Assembly: GCA_963704435.1 (NCBI GenBank)
Contig: OY969902.1
Location: 780,001 to 812,000 of the forward strand
Direction of reading: 5' to 3'
Length of the DNA: 32,000 nucleotides
From: an uncultured archaeon
GTDB lineage: Archaea > Micrarchaeota > Micrarchaeia > Micrarchaeales > CABMGC01
Shown here: positions 23,456 to 31,357 of the stretch, in pieces
Layout of the letters: each line of letters opens with the position of its first letter
How positions within the stretch are numbered: the stretch's first letter is position 1
Notes under the pieces: model-generated
What the model saw: the letters and a program-made list of their open reading frames with translations, nothing else
Databases searched by the model: none
Told to the model about the DNA's origin: nothing
Program-made: the position numbers and the translations under genes

Positions 23456-25234
23456 ATGCTCTTCGAAGAGGTAGCGAAGTGCTATGGCCGCCTTGAGAGG
23501 ATCTCCTCGCGGCTGGAGATGATAGACGTCCTCACCGAGATGCTGAAGAAGGCGCGCAAGGATGAGATAAGGAGCATAATCTACCTTACGCAGGGCGTCC
23601 TCGCCCCTCCTTTCTCTGGGGTCAAGATCGGCATGGCCGAGAAGCTTGCCGAGGAGGCGATAGCGCTCTCCACGGGCGCAGACAAGCGCAGGATTGAGGA
23701 GAGCTTCAGGAAGACCGGAGACCTCGGGCTCACCGCCGAGCAGATGGTTGGGGCAAAGAAGCAGGGCAGGATGTCAGGCAAGAAGTTCGAGGTCAACGAG
23801 GTCTTCGGGATGCTGCGGAAGATAGCCACAACCGGAGGCGAGGGCAGCAAGGACCTCAAGATAAGGATGTTGGCATCGCTCATCGGCGCCAGCACGCCCG
23901 AAGAGGCGAAGTACCTGGTCAGGTTCGCGCTGGGCGAACTCAGACTCGGAGTCGGCGACGCCACTGTCCTTGAAGCGCTTTCCAAGATGGAGACCGGAGA
24001 CAGGAAATTCAAGGACGAGCTCGAGACCGCGTACAATATCTGCAGCGACCTGGGCACCGTCGGAGAGGTCCTAGCGAGGCAGGGCAAGAAGGGCATACTC
24101 GACTTCAGGGTCGAGCTGTTCAAGCCGATAAGGCCGGCGCTGGCCGAGCGGTTGCCCACAGCGGAGGACATACTAGAGCGGATGCGCGGCAGGTGCGCAG
24201 TGGAGAGCAAGTACGACGGACTGAGGGCGCAGGTTCACATCGATAGGAGAAACAGGAAGGTCGAGATATACTCGAGGAGGCTAGACAGGCTCACCGACAT
24301 GTTCCCTGAGATTACGGCGGCGGCTCTGAAGGAGGTCGACGCAAAGGAAGCGATACTCGAGGGCGAGGCCATAGCCTACGACGAGACCACGAACCAGTTC
24401 TACGCGTTCCAGGAGACCATACAGAGGAGGAGGAAGCACGGGATCGCGGAGAAAAGCCAGCAGCTCCCGCTCCGCCTGTTCTCCTTCGACCTGCTCTACC
24501 TCAACGGCGAGAGCTACCTCTCGAAGCCGTACTCGGAAAGGAGGGAGAAGCTCGAGAAGATAGTAAAGGGCGACGGCGTGATACGCCTGTCGGACAGGAT
24601 TGTCACCTCGAAGCCCAAGGACATAGAATCCTATTTCGACAGGGCCATCGAGGACGGCCTCGAGGGCATCGTGGCGAAGGACCTCGACGCACCGTACATC
24701 GCGGGTGCGAGGAAGTTCAGCTGGATAAAGATGAAGAGGAGCTACAAGGGCGAGCTCTCGGACACCCTCGACCTTGTCGTCGTCGGATTCTACGCGGGCA
24801 AGGGCTCGCGGACCGAGTTCGGGTTCGGCGGGATGCTGGCCGCGGTCTACAACGAGAAGCAGGACGTGTTCGAGACAATATCGAAGATAGGCACCGGCTT
24901 CACCGAGGAGGAGATGAGAACCTTCAAGAAGCTCCTCGAGAAGATAAGGGTCGCGAAGAAGCCCGCGAGGGTGGTCGCTGTCATCGAGCCCGACTTCTGG
25001 GTAGAGCCTAGGTACGTCGTAACCGTGAGGGCGGACGAGATAACGAAATCCCCAACGCATACCGCGGGCAGACAGAAGGAAGGGGATGTCGAAGTGGGCT
25101 ACGCACTGCGCTTCCCGAGGATAGTGAGCGACGGAATCCGCAAGGACAAGGGCCCCGAGGAGGCGACGACGACAAAGGAGGTCGTGGAGATGTTCAAGCA
25201 GCAGAGGAAGACGAAAGTCGAGGATGTTTCCTGA
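23456..25234 (+). CDS. lig: ATP-dependent DNA ligase
   Basis: Adenylation motif I ESKYDGLRAQVH (KxDG). Also EGEAIAYD, EGIVAK and WIKMKRSY, plus an OB-fold C-terminus. The N-terminus MLFEEVAKCYGRLERISSRLEM matches the usual archaeal ligase start. Confidence 0.93.
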   Translation: MLFEEVAKCYGRLERISSRLEMIDVLTEMLKKARKDEIRSIIYLTQGVLAPPFSGVKIGMAEKLAEEAIALSTGADKRRIEESFRKTGDLGLTAEQMVGAKKQGRMSGKKFEVNEVFGMLRKIATTGGEGSKDLKIRMLASLIGASTPEEAKYLVRFALGELRLGVGDATVLEALSKMETGDRKFKDELETAYNICSDLGTVGEVLARQGKKGILDFRVELFKPIRPALAERLPTAEDILERMRGRCAVESKYDGLRAQVHIDRRNRKVEIYSRRLDRLTDMFPEITAAALKEVDAKEAILEGEAIAYDETTNQFYAFQETIQRRRKHGIAEKSQQLPLRLFSFDLLYLNGESYLSKPYSERREKLEKIVKGDGVIRLSDRIVTSKPKDIESYFDRAIEDGLEGIVAKDLDAPYIAGARKFSWIKMKRSYKGELSDTLDLVVVGFYAGKGSRTEFGFGGMLAAVYNEKQDVFETISKIGTGFTEEEMRTFKKLLEKIRVAKKPARVVAVIEPDFWVEPRYVVTVRADEITKSPTHTAGRQKEGDVEVGYALRFPRIVSDGIRKDKGPEEATTTKEVVEMFKQQRKTKVEDVS

Positions 25235-25431
25235 GTGTCGAGGGGATTCGGGTCAAAAACCAGCAAAAATCTCCCCTAGACGGTCATGCAATAGCCTATA
25301 CCGAGGTAAAATGCCTGTATTCCGGTAATACTTCCTGTATCGATGTTCTGGACCTTCCACTTACGCAAAATTCTGCACAAGGTATTTAAGCTTTTTCAAA
25401 TCAGCCATAATCAGGCGATCAGGTTGATACC

Positions 25432-26481
25432 ATGGTAGGATACGAGAGCGACATTTTGGGAGCTGGCAGCGAGCAGAACGTACAGAGCAGCGCACAGATA
25501 AAAATTGTGACGCTTGGAGTAGGAGGCGGAGGAAACAACACCGTTAACCGACTGTTGAAGGTAGGAGTGAGGGGAACCGAGCTAGTGGCCGTCAACACGG
25601 ACGTGCAGCACTTCAAGATAATCGACGACAGGATAAAGAAGATACTCATCGGAAAGTCCATAACCCGCGGACTCGGAGCCGGAGGGGCCCCTGACATAGG
25701 AGCCAAGGCTGCCGAAGTCGACAGGCACGAGCTCGAGCAGGTTCTCTCGGGCGCGCAGCTGGTCTTCCTGTGCGCAGGAATGGGAGGCGGCACCGGAACC
25801 GGAGCCCTTCCCGTAATCGCGCAGATAGCGAAGGAGCAGGGAGCGATAGTGGTCTCGATGGTCACCATTCCTTTCGACCTGGAGAGGGTCAGGAAGGTCA
25901 AGGCCGCGGAGGGAATCCAGAAGCTGAGGCAGCACTCAGACAGCGTCATCATCGTGGACAACAACCGCTTGGTCAAGCTGGTGCCTAACCTGCCTATGAA
26001 CGAGGCGTTCGCGGTAGCGGACGACGTCCTGGCGAAGGCCATCGGCGGACTTGTCTGGACCATAACCCAGCCGAGCCTGATCAACATCGACTTCGCGGAC
26101 GTGAGGGCGATCATGGGCAACGGAGGGGTCGGCTTCATATCCGTCGGAACCGGAAAGGGCAACGACAAGGTCACGAGCGCTGCGGAATCCGTGCTCAAGA
26201 ACAAGCTGCTTGACGTGACGTTCGAGAACGCCACCGGCGCGCTGATACACATATCCGGCGCATCGGACCTGACGCTCGGAGACGCCATAAGGGCGGGAGA
26301 GGTCATAACCGAGCAGATGGACCCGAAGGCGAACGTGAAGTGGGGCGCGAGGATAATCCCTGGCTTCGAGGGCCAGATCGAGATCGTCGCCATAGTCACG
26401 GGCGTCAAGGGAGCCAGCGTGCTGGGAGCCTACGAGGAGAAGGAGAAATCAGCTTCCTTCACCGGGCTGGATGCGCTATAG
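25432..26481 (+). CDS. ftsZ: Cell division GTPase FtsZ (FtsZ1-like)
   Basis: GVGGGGNNTVNRL, NTD, GLGAGGAPDIG and the tubulin signature GMGGGTGTGALP are present. The C-terminal peptide is SFTGLDAL. Confidence 0.93.
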   Translation: MVGYESDILGAGSEQNVQSSAQIKIVTLGVGGGGNNTVNRLLKVGVRGTELVAVNTDVQHFKIIDDRIKKILIGKSITRGLGAGGAPDIGAKAAEVDRHELEQVLSGAQLVFLCAGMGGGTGTGALPVIAQIAKEQGAIVVSMVTIPFDLERVRKVKAAEGIQKLRQHSDSVIIVDNNRLVKLVPNLPMNEAFAVADDVLAKAIGGLVWTITQPSLINIDFADVRAIMGNGGVGFISVGTGKGNDKVTSAAESVLKNKLLDVTFENATGALIHISGASDLTLGDAIRAGEVITEQMDPKANVKWGARIIPGFEGQIEIVAIVTGVKGASVLGAYEEKEKSASFTGLDAL

Positions 26482-27506
26482 TGGGTGATCCTGTGACATT
26501 CGACTACGACGCGTTCGCGCCAAAGGTAGCTGTTGTAGGCTGCGGAGGCCAGGGCAGCAACCTGGTCAACCGGCTCTTCGTGAACGGCATACAGAGCGCC
26601 ACGACCATAGCGATAAACACGGACCTGCCGCACCTGAACATGATAAAGGCGCACAGGAAGGTGCTCATTGGCCGCGAGATAACGAACGGCATGGGCTCAG
26701 GAGGCTACCCAATGGTGGCCGCCAAGTGCGCCGAGTGCAGCAAGGCAGATATCGAGAAGGTGCTCTCCGGCTTCGACCTGGTCTTCATAGCTGCAGGCAT
26801 GGGAGGAGGGACCGGAACAGGATCCGCTCCGGTCGTTGCGAAGGTAGCGAAGGAGCAGGGCGCAACCGTCATAGCCGCTGTCACGTACCCGTTCTCGCTG
26901 GAGAGGAGCCGTGCGCAAACTGCGCAATGGGGAATCAACCAGCTTAGCAAGGAGGCGGACTGCGTAATAGTAATAGAGAACGATAAGCTGCTCTCGTATG
27001 TGCCTAACCTGCCGATGGAGAAGGCGTTCGAGCTCTGCGACAACGTGACCGGAAACGCGGTCAAGGGCATAGCCGACTCGATAACGCTGCCCAGCTTGAT
27101 CAACCTGGACTTCGCAGACCTCAGCGCGATAGTCAAGGACACGGGCACTGCCGTGATAAACGTCGGGACGGCGAGCGGCCCGGACAGGGTCAAGCAAGTG
27201 ATAAACTCCACGCTGGCCCATCCGCTGCTTACTGTAGACTACGAAGGCGCAAAGGGCGCACTAGTGCACGTCTCCGGAGGCATGGACCTCAGCATAGAGG
27301 ATGCCACGAAGATAGGCGCGGGAGTCACTGACGGCCTGGCGACGGATGCCAACGTCATATTCGGAGCGAGGCTCATCCCCGAGATGAGGGACCAGATCCG
27401 CGTGATGACCGTTGTAACCGGCGTCAAGGCCAAGTTCGGGGAGAGGAGGAAGCCCCAGGCCGAGGTCGAAGCGCTCCGCGTAGAGGCCATGGGCAGGATC
27501 TTCTGA
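26481..27506 (+). CDS. ftsZ: Cell division GTPase FtsZ paralogue (FtsZ2-like)
   Basis: GCGGQGSNLVNRL, NTDLPHL, GMGSGGYP and GMGGGTGTGSAP are present. The GTG start at 26481 overlaps the last base of the ftsZ1 TAG. The earlier part of the track ORF overlaps ftsZ1. Confidence 0.88.
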   Translation: MGDPVTFDYDAFAPKVAVVGCGGQGSNLVNRLFVNGIQSATTIAINTDLPHLNMIKAHRKVLIGREITNGMGSGGYPMVAAKCAECSKADIEKVLSGFDLVFIAAGMGGGTGTGSAPVVAKVAKEQGATVIAAVTYPFSLERSRAQTAQWGINQLSKEADCVIVIENDKLLSYVPNLPMEKAFELCDNVTGNAVKGIADSITLPSLINLDFADLSAIVKDTGTAVINVGTASGPDRVKQVINSTLAHPLLTVDYEGAKGALVHVSGGMDLSIEDATKIGAGVTDGLATDANVIFGARLIPEMRDQIRVMTVVTGVKAKFGERRKPQAEVEALRVEAMGRIF

Positions 27507-27613
27507 ACCTGTCCGAAAGCCCGAGCAAGCCCCTTACGGTCCGAAGGCAGCTGCGCGCGCCTCCGCGCAGCATATTCGCCCCTGATCCTGGGTTCGTCTC
27601 GCGGCGCGGCAAG

Positions 27614-27621
27614 TATTTAAA
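27614..27621 (+). promoter_or_regulatory. TATA box (TATTTAAA) for the aIF5A-S24e-S27ae operon
   Basis: This is the only strong A/T box in the spacer. It sits directly against the TTG at 27624, which argues against that codon as the start. Confidence 0.4.
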
Positions 27622-27662
27622 CTTTGATTGCGTTTAATCTTAACTATTTTCGTTGTGATCAA

Positions 27663-28073
27663 TTGGCAGATGATGGTAGCTTCACTCGCAAGTCGGTAAA
27701 GGAGATAAAGACCGGCAGCTTCATAATGATCGACGGTGTGGCCGTCAGGGTGGTCGACGTAGAGACCTCGTCCCCTGGCAAGCACGGCTCCGCCAAGATG
27801 AGGATAACAGGCATAGGCATATTCGACGGGCAGAAGAAGACGCTCCTCAGCCCGGCGCACGGGGACGTCGAGGTGCCCGAGATAAAGAAGAGGAGGGCGC
27901 AGGTCGTTTCCGTGACCGGGAACGTGGTGCAGCTAATGGACATGGAGACCTACGACGTGTTCGACGCCGCGCTTCCCGATGATCTGAAGGAGACGCTGAA
28001 ATCAGGCAACGAGGTCGAGACGATGGAGGCGCTCGGCAAGAGGATAATAATAAGGATAACCGGAGGCGCTTAG
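27663..28073 (+). CDS. eif5a: Translation initiation factor 5A (aIF5A)
   Basis: Hypusine-loop motif SSPGKHGSAKMR, an SH3-like N-domain and an OB C-domain. TTG at 27663 is the only plausible start downstream of the TATA box, because the first in-frame ATG lies inside the conserved GSFIMIDG. Confidence 0.88.
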   Translation: MADDGSFTRKSVKEIKTGSFIMIDGVAVRVVDVETSSPGKHGSAKMRITGIGIFDGQKKTLLSPAHGDVEVPEIKKRRAQVVSVTGNVVQLMDMETYDVFDAALPDDLKETLKSGNEVETMEALGKRIIIRITGGA

Positions 28074-28388
28074 ATGGATATCGAGATGAAGAAGGACGTG
28101 AACAACAAGCTGCTGAACAGGAGGGAGATGCTTCTCAGCGTCTCCTATGACGGGAGCACCCCCTCGAGGGATGAGATAAAGACCGATGTCGCGAGGAAGT
28201 TCAACCTTAAGAAGGAGAACATGGTCGTCGTGAGCATAGGCCAGATATACGGCTCCAGGGGCAGCGAGGTCGTGATCCACGAGTACGCCGACGCGAAGGC
28301 GATGGCGATCGCGCAGAAGCACATCCTTGAGAGGCCGAAGAAGAAGGGCGGGAGCGCCCCGAAGGCCGACGCGTCTGCGAAGGAATAG
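28074..28388 (+). CDS. rps24e: 30S ribosomal protein S24e
   Basis: 104 aa: [26 protein letters not shown]...VVIHEYAD with a basic tail. The ATG immediately follows the aIF5A TAG. Confidence 0.9.
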   Translation: MDIEMKKDVNNKLLNRREMLLSVSYDGSTPSRDEIKTDVARKFNLKKENMVVVSIGQIYGSRGSEVVIHEYADAKAMAIAQKHILERPKKKGGSAPKADASAKE

Positions 28389-28404
28389 CATATTTGGTGT
28401 TTTA

Positions 28405-28566
28405 TTGGCGGGAGACAAGAAGGAAAAGCCTGCGAAGAAGAAGAACGTGAAGGAGTACAAGCCTGCGGCTAAGCTCTGCCCCAAGTGCGGATCACGGATG
28501 GGTGACCACAAGGACAGGTACGCGTGCGGGAAGTGTGGGTACACCGAATGGAAGGCCAAGGCGTGA
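28405..28566 (+). CDS. rps27ae: 30S ribosomal protein S27ae
   Basis: Zinc ribbon [22 protein letters not shown] preceded by a Lys-rich segment. A TTG at 28405 gives 53 aa. The track ORF start (28327) overlaps S24e. Confidence 0.8.
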   Translation: MAGDKKEKPAKKKNVKEYKPAAKLCPKCGSRMGDHKDRYACGKCGYTEWKAKA

Positions 28567-29267
28567 AACGCAGGTCGATCCCATTGAGAAAGCGAGCGGA
28601 AGCCCCCGGCGTGCGCATTCGCCGCGCCATGTACTTCGTTCTCATCCTTATCGCTGCGATGTCCGCGCTGGTCGCGGTGCCGCTCGCGCTGTATGACCTG
28701 GGATGGCTGGGCTATAACTCGTTCGTGTTCGTGTCCGACGCGGCGGTGTCGCTCTCGTTCCTGGCATCGACGCTGCTGTACCTGCGCTTCGTGGACCGCA
28801 GCAGGAAGGGCATCGCGGAGCGCCTGGGCCTCGGAAGGGACGGCCTGTCGCTGCGCAACGTCCTGCTTGGGCTGATGATATTCTCGATAATCCTGACGCT
28901 CGAGCTAATCACCGGGCTGGTGAGCCAGGTGACCGGCGTACAGATAAGCACCAACGTGGACGTGCTCCTGGCTTCCGCGCCGCTGTGGTTCTACGCGTTC
29001 TCGTGCATAGTTGCGCCGCTGTGCGAGGAAGTGCTCTTCAGGGGCCTGATGGTGCCCAGGCTCGGCATCGTGGTCAGCGCCCTCGTCTTCGCCGCGCTGC
29101 ACGCGAGCTACGATTCGACGTTCGCCATAGAGGTCATCGCGGCCCTGATATTCGCGCTGATCGCGGGCTATGTGTTCAGGAAGACGAAGTCGCTGTACCC
29201 GTCGCTCGTCGCTCACATCCTGGTCAACACGCTGACGATAGTCGTCACCTTCATCCCAGGTATCTGA
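28563..29267 (+). CDS. CPBP-family intramembrane glutamic endopeptidase (CAAX protease-like)
   Basis: Motifs CEEVLFRG (EExxxR), FAALH (FxxxH) and HILVN (HxxxN) sit in a polytopic protein. A GTG at 28563 overlaps the S27ae TGA (GTGA). ATG at 28629 is an alternative start. Confidence 0.8.
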   Translation: MKRRSIPLRKRAEAPGVRIRRAMYFVLILIAAMSALVAVPLALYDLGWLGYNSFVFVSDAAVSLSFLASTLLYLRFVDRSRKGIAERLGLGRDGLSLRNVLLGLMIFSIILTLELITGLVSQVTGVQISTNVDVLLASAPLWFYAFSCIVAPLCEEVLFRGLMVPRLGIVVSALVFAALHASYDSTFAIEVIAALIFALIAGYVFRKTKSLYPSLVAHILVNTLTIVVTFIPGI

Positions 29268-29299
29268 AATGGCGCCTCGAGTGCGCTTCAAGTCGGTTC

Positions 29300-29725
29300 T
29301 TACTCGAACGGATTCCTTATGCGGATTCCCGGAATCCTGGCAAAGCCCTTCTCGTCTTCCGTTACTATCTCGGTAACGCCGTTCTCCTTCATTGTCTCTG
29401 CAATAAGGGCGTCAAGGAAAGGCGCATTAAGCAATTCCGAACTGTTAAGCGCCCTGTCCACCGTGTCATGGGTGTAGTCTATCTTGCGCCAGCTATCGGA
29501 CACGGCCAGCGATTTCACTATGATTCTTGCCTTATCATCAGGAACGCCCAGCTTTCGCGTCAATGCGTTGAAAAGTTCGACAAGTACTTGATTTGACACC
29601 ACTCCCCGTATCCCTCCCCTGAATGCCTGCTCCACCATCGCCTGGCACGCCTTCCGCTTCACTGGCTCAGATGAGTCATACGCGTAGCACAGCACGCAGG
29701 TATCGAAGAATAGCTCACCTCTCAT
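29300..29725 (-). CDS. vapC: PIN-domain ribonuclease toxin VapC
   Basis: 141 aa. The acidic quartet context is present (FFDTCV, LVELFN, FLDALIAE, VTEDE). Confidence 0.85.
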   Translation of the reverse strand: MRGELFFDTCVLCYAYDSSEPVKRKACQAMVEQAFRGGIRGVVSNQVLVELFNALTRKLGVPDDKARIIVKSLAVSDSWRKIDYTHDTVDRALNSSELLNAPFLDALIAETMKENGVTEIVTEDEKGFARIPGIRIRNPFE

Positions 29726-29951
29726 TCAGTTCGCCCCTCTCGAACCTCCACTTCTTCATCATTATGCCCTTCTGCAGAAGCATCAGCGACTCTGCCTCGA
29801 TGTCGGCATTCCTGCTTTTCACCCATTCCTTCATGGCTTCCGTGAGCGCCCTCCCAAGGTAGCCCTTCCTAATCCCATACCTCTGGCTGGCCCGCTTCCT
29901 GAACTCGTGCTCGACCTCCTCCTCTACGTTAACCGTGATGGTCTTTGACAT
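29715..29951 (-). CDS. vapB: Antitoxin VapB (ribbon-helix-helix/CopG-like)
   Basis: 78 aa. The N-terminal beta-strand KTITVNVEEEV followed by helices fits a ribbon-helix-helix. It overlaps vapC by 11 nt. Confidence 0.7.
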   Translation of the reverse strand: MSKTITVNVEEEVEHEFRKRASQRYGIRKGYLGRALTEAMKEWVKSRNADIEAESLMLLQKGIMMKKWRFERGELNER

Positions 29952-29960
29952 AGCATCAAT

Positions 29961-29990
29961 ACATTTAGATTAATATAAATATTTAAATGT
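29961..29990. promoter_or_regulatory. Inverted repeat flanking the vapBC TATA box (candidate antitoxin operator)
   Basis: The arms are ACATTTAGAT (29961-29970) and ATTTAAATGT (29981-29990), matching at 9 of 10 positions. They flank TAATATAAAT, whose centre is about 25 nt upstream of the vapB ATG (29951). Confidence 0.45.
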
Positions 29991-30138
29991 TTCATTTTTG
30001 CGCATATATCTTTCCCATTGGCGCGGCATCCTGTCGCGTGTTGCGCATAAATTTTTCCATGCCCGCCCTTTCCTCAAAGCATCCGTTTAAATCTGCCTGC
30101 AGCATAATGTAATAGCGTCTGCGCCATGGGTGCGTTTA

Positions 30139-30831
30139 ATGAAGGTAAAAGTGATAACGGTAGAGCCGAAGTACCAGGTCAACCTCGGCTACATCGCCAG
30201 GACCGCGGCCAACTTCGGCGTGGACCGGCTCTACTTCGTGAGCCCGAGGGCCAGGCTCGACGGCAAGACCGCGCTCATGTACGCGAAGCATGCCCGGCCC
30301 CTGCTCGAGAAGGCAACTGTCTACAGGAGCTTCGGGGACGCGGTGCGCGACTGCGACTTCGTCGTCGCGACCAGCGGCATATGGAGGAAGGGCAGGTCCG
30401 GCTCCGGAAAGGTCTGCCTCGCGGAGGACGCGATCGACCGGGTCTCCGCGCTCGGCAAGAAGAGCGTGGTGGGCATGGTCATCGGCAGGGACGACATAGG
30501 CCTGAAGAGGGAGGAGATAGAGAAGTGCGACCTCCTCGCCTACATCGCCACCGATCCTGAGTACCCTGTGCTCAACATATCCCACGCCTTGGCCGTGATG
30601 CTCTACCTCCTGAAAAGGAAGGGCTTGAGCGTCCGCTACAGGGGGATTTCTGCTGAAGAAGGGGTCCTTGACAAGCGGGAGCTGGCGATGCTTTTCAAGG
30701 TGTTCGACGGCCTGGTGGCCGGGAAGAGGATAAGGGACAGGAGTTCAGTGTCCAACGCGTTCAGGAGGATGGTGCGCGCAGCGCAGCCCACAAAGAGCGA
30801 GCTGCACTCGCTGATAACGGCGCTTAAGTAG
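30139..30831 (+). CDS. SpoU/TrmH-class RNA 2'-O-methyltransferase (TrmJ-like)
   Basis: N-terminal VITVEPKYQVNLGYIARTAANFG. SPOUT knot motifs VIGRDDIGLKREEIEKCD and VLNISHALAVMLY. The ATG at 30139 is preferred over the GTG at 30130. Confidence 0.8.
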   Translation: MKVKVITVEPKYQVNLGYIARTAANFGVDRLYFVSPRARLDGKTALMYAKHARPLLEKATVYRSFGDAVRDCDFVVATSGIWRKGRSGSGKVCLAEDAIDRVSALGKKSVVGMVIGRDDIGLKREEIEKCDLLAYIATDPEYPVLNISHALAVMLYLLKRKGLSVRYRGISAEEGVLDKRELAMLFKVFDGLVAGKRIRDRSSVSNAFRRMVRAAQPTKSELHSLITALK

Positions 30832-30839
30832 AGCGGCCT

Positions 30840-31220
30840 TTACCTTGTTGCTGCCTTCTTCCTCTTTATTATCTTGACCTTCGCGGGAGTAATGAGCACT
30901 CTCGTGTCGTCAATCTGCGCTATGTCGCCGTTTATCTTGGAGGCGTAGGTCTTCAGCCTGGCTATGACGTTGTTCCTCGTCGTAGGCCTCTTGGCCAGCT
31001 CCTCTATGCTGAGCAGGATTATGTTCTTCTTGGAGAGCTCCTCCTCGATCAGCTTGACGTCGTCCTCGCTCGATATCGAAACGGGCTTGACGTACATGTC
31101 CGCGGGCTCGTGCATAATGTCGACGTCCGCCATCTCCGCCGAATTCATGTATTCCTCGATGCTCATCTCCTTAGCAGAGGAAACCCCAAACGCATGACCT
31201 AGTCTATCAAAAACTCCCAT
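30840..31220 (-). CDS. sepF: Cell division protein SepF (archaeal FtsZ membrane anchor)
   Basis: 126 aa. It has an N-terminal amphipathic MGVFDRLGHAFG, then a DUF552-like core (YVKPVSISSEDDVKLIEEELSKKNIILLSIEEL...INGDIAQIDDTRVLITPAKVKI). Confidence 0.75.
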   Translation of the reverse strand: MGVFDRLGHAFGVSSAKEMSIEEYMNSAEMADVDIMHEPADMYVKPVSISSEDDVKLIEEELSKKNIILLSIEELAKRPTTRNNVIARLKTYASKINGDIAQIDDTRVLITPAKVKIIKRKKAATR

Positions 31221-31311
31221 TTTTTCACCGTCGTTACCGTGAATATCCTTTCAATAAACATCTTTTTAATACTTTCTTCTTACGTCAGCAACCGGAAGTA
31301 CTATCCTCTCC

Positions 31312-31344
31312 ACAAAAGTGCGGCGCGGAATCGGCCCGCGCCGC
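31312..31344 (-). terminator. GC-rich hairpin plus T-tract downstream of hel308
   Basis: The 9-bp stem GCGGCGCGG(31320-31328)/CCGCGCCGC(31336-31344) has a 7-nt loop. On the minus strand it is followed by ACTTTTG (31313-31317 are A on the plus strand). It begins 14 nt after the stop codon. Confidence 0.5.
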
Positions 31345-31357
31345 GCCCGGAAACCAT

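Noticed and set aside
25235-25431. Possible ncRNA or terminator hairpin after lig (AGGGGA...TCCCCT around 25241-25278)
   Set aside because: It has only a 6-bp stem with a loop of about 26 nt and no T-tract, which is weaker than expected for a functional element.
25419-26408. 329-aa ORF antisense to ftsZ1, and the similar 26705-27221 ORFs antisense to ftsZ2
   Set aside because: The opposite strand encodes unmistakable FtsZ signatures. The antisense products are Ser/Thr/Pro/Ala-rich with no recognisable fold motifs.
26340-26480. Upstream extension of the ftsZ2 ORF (MGREDNPWLRG...)
   Set aside because: It overlaps the ftsZ1 C-terminus in another frame and is Arg/Gly-rich. The FtsZ2 homology begins only after the GTG at 26481.
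28327-28404. Upstream extension of the S27ae ORF ([13 protein letters not shown]...)
   Set aside because: It overlaps the S24e 3' end. The S27ae family is about 50-60 aa, and the TTG at 28405 gives the expected size.
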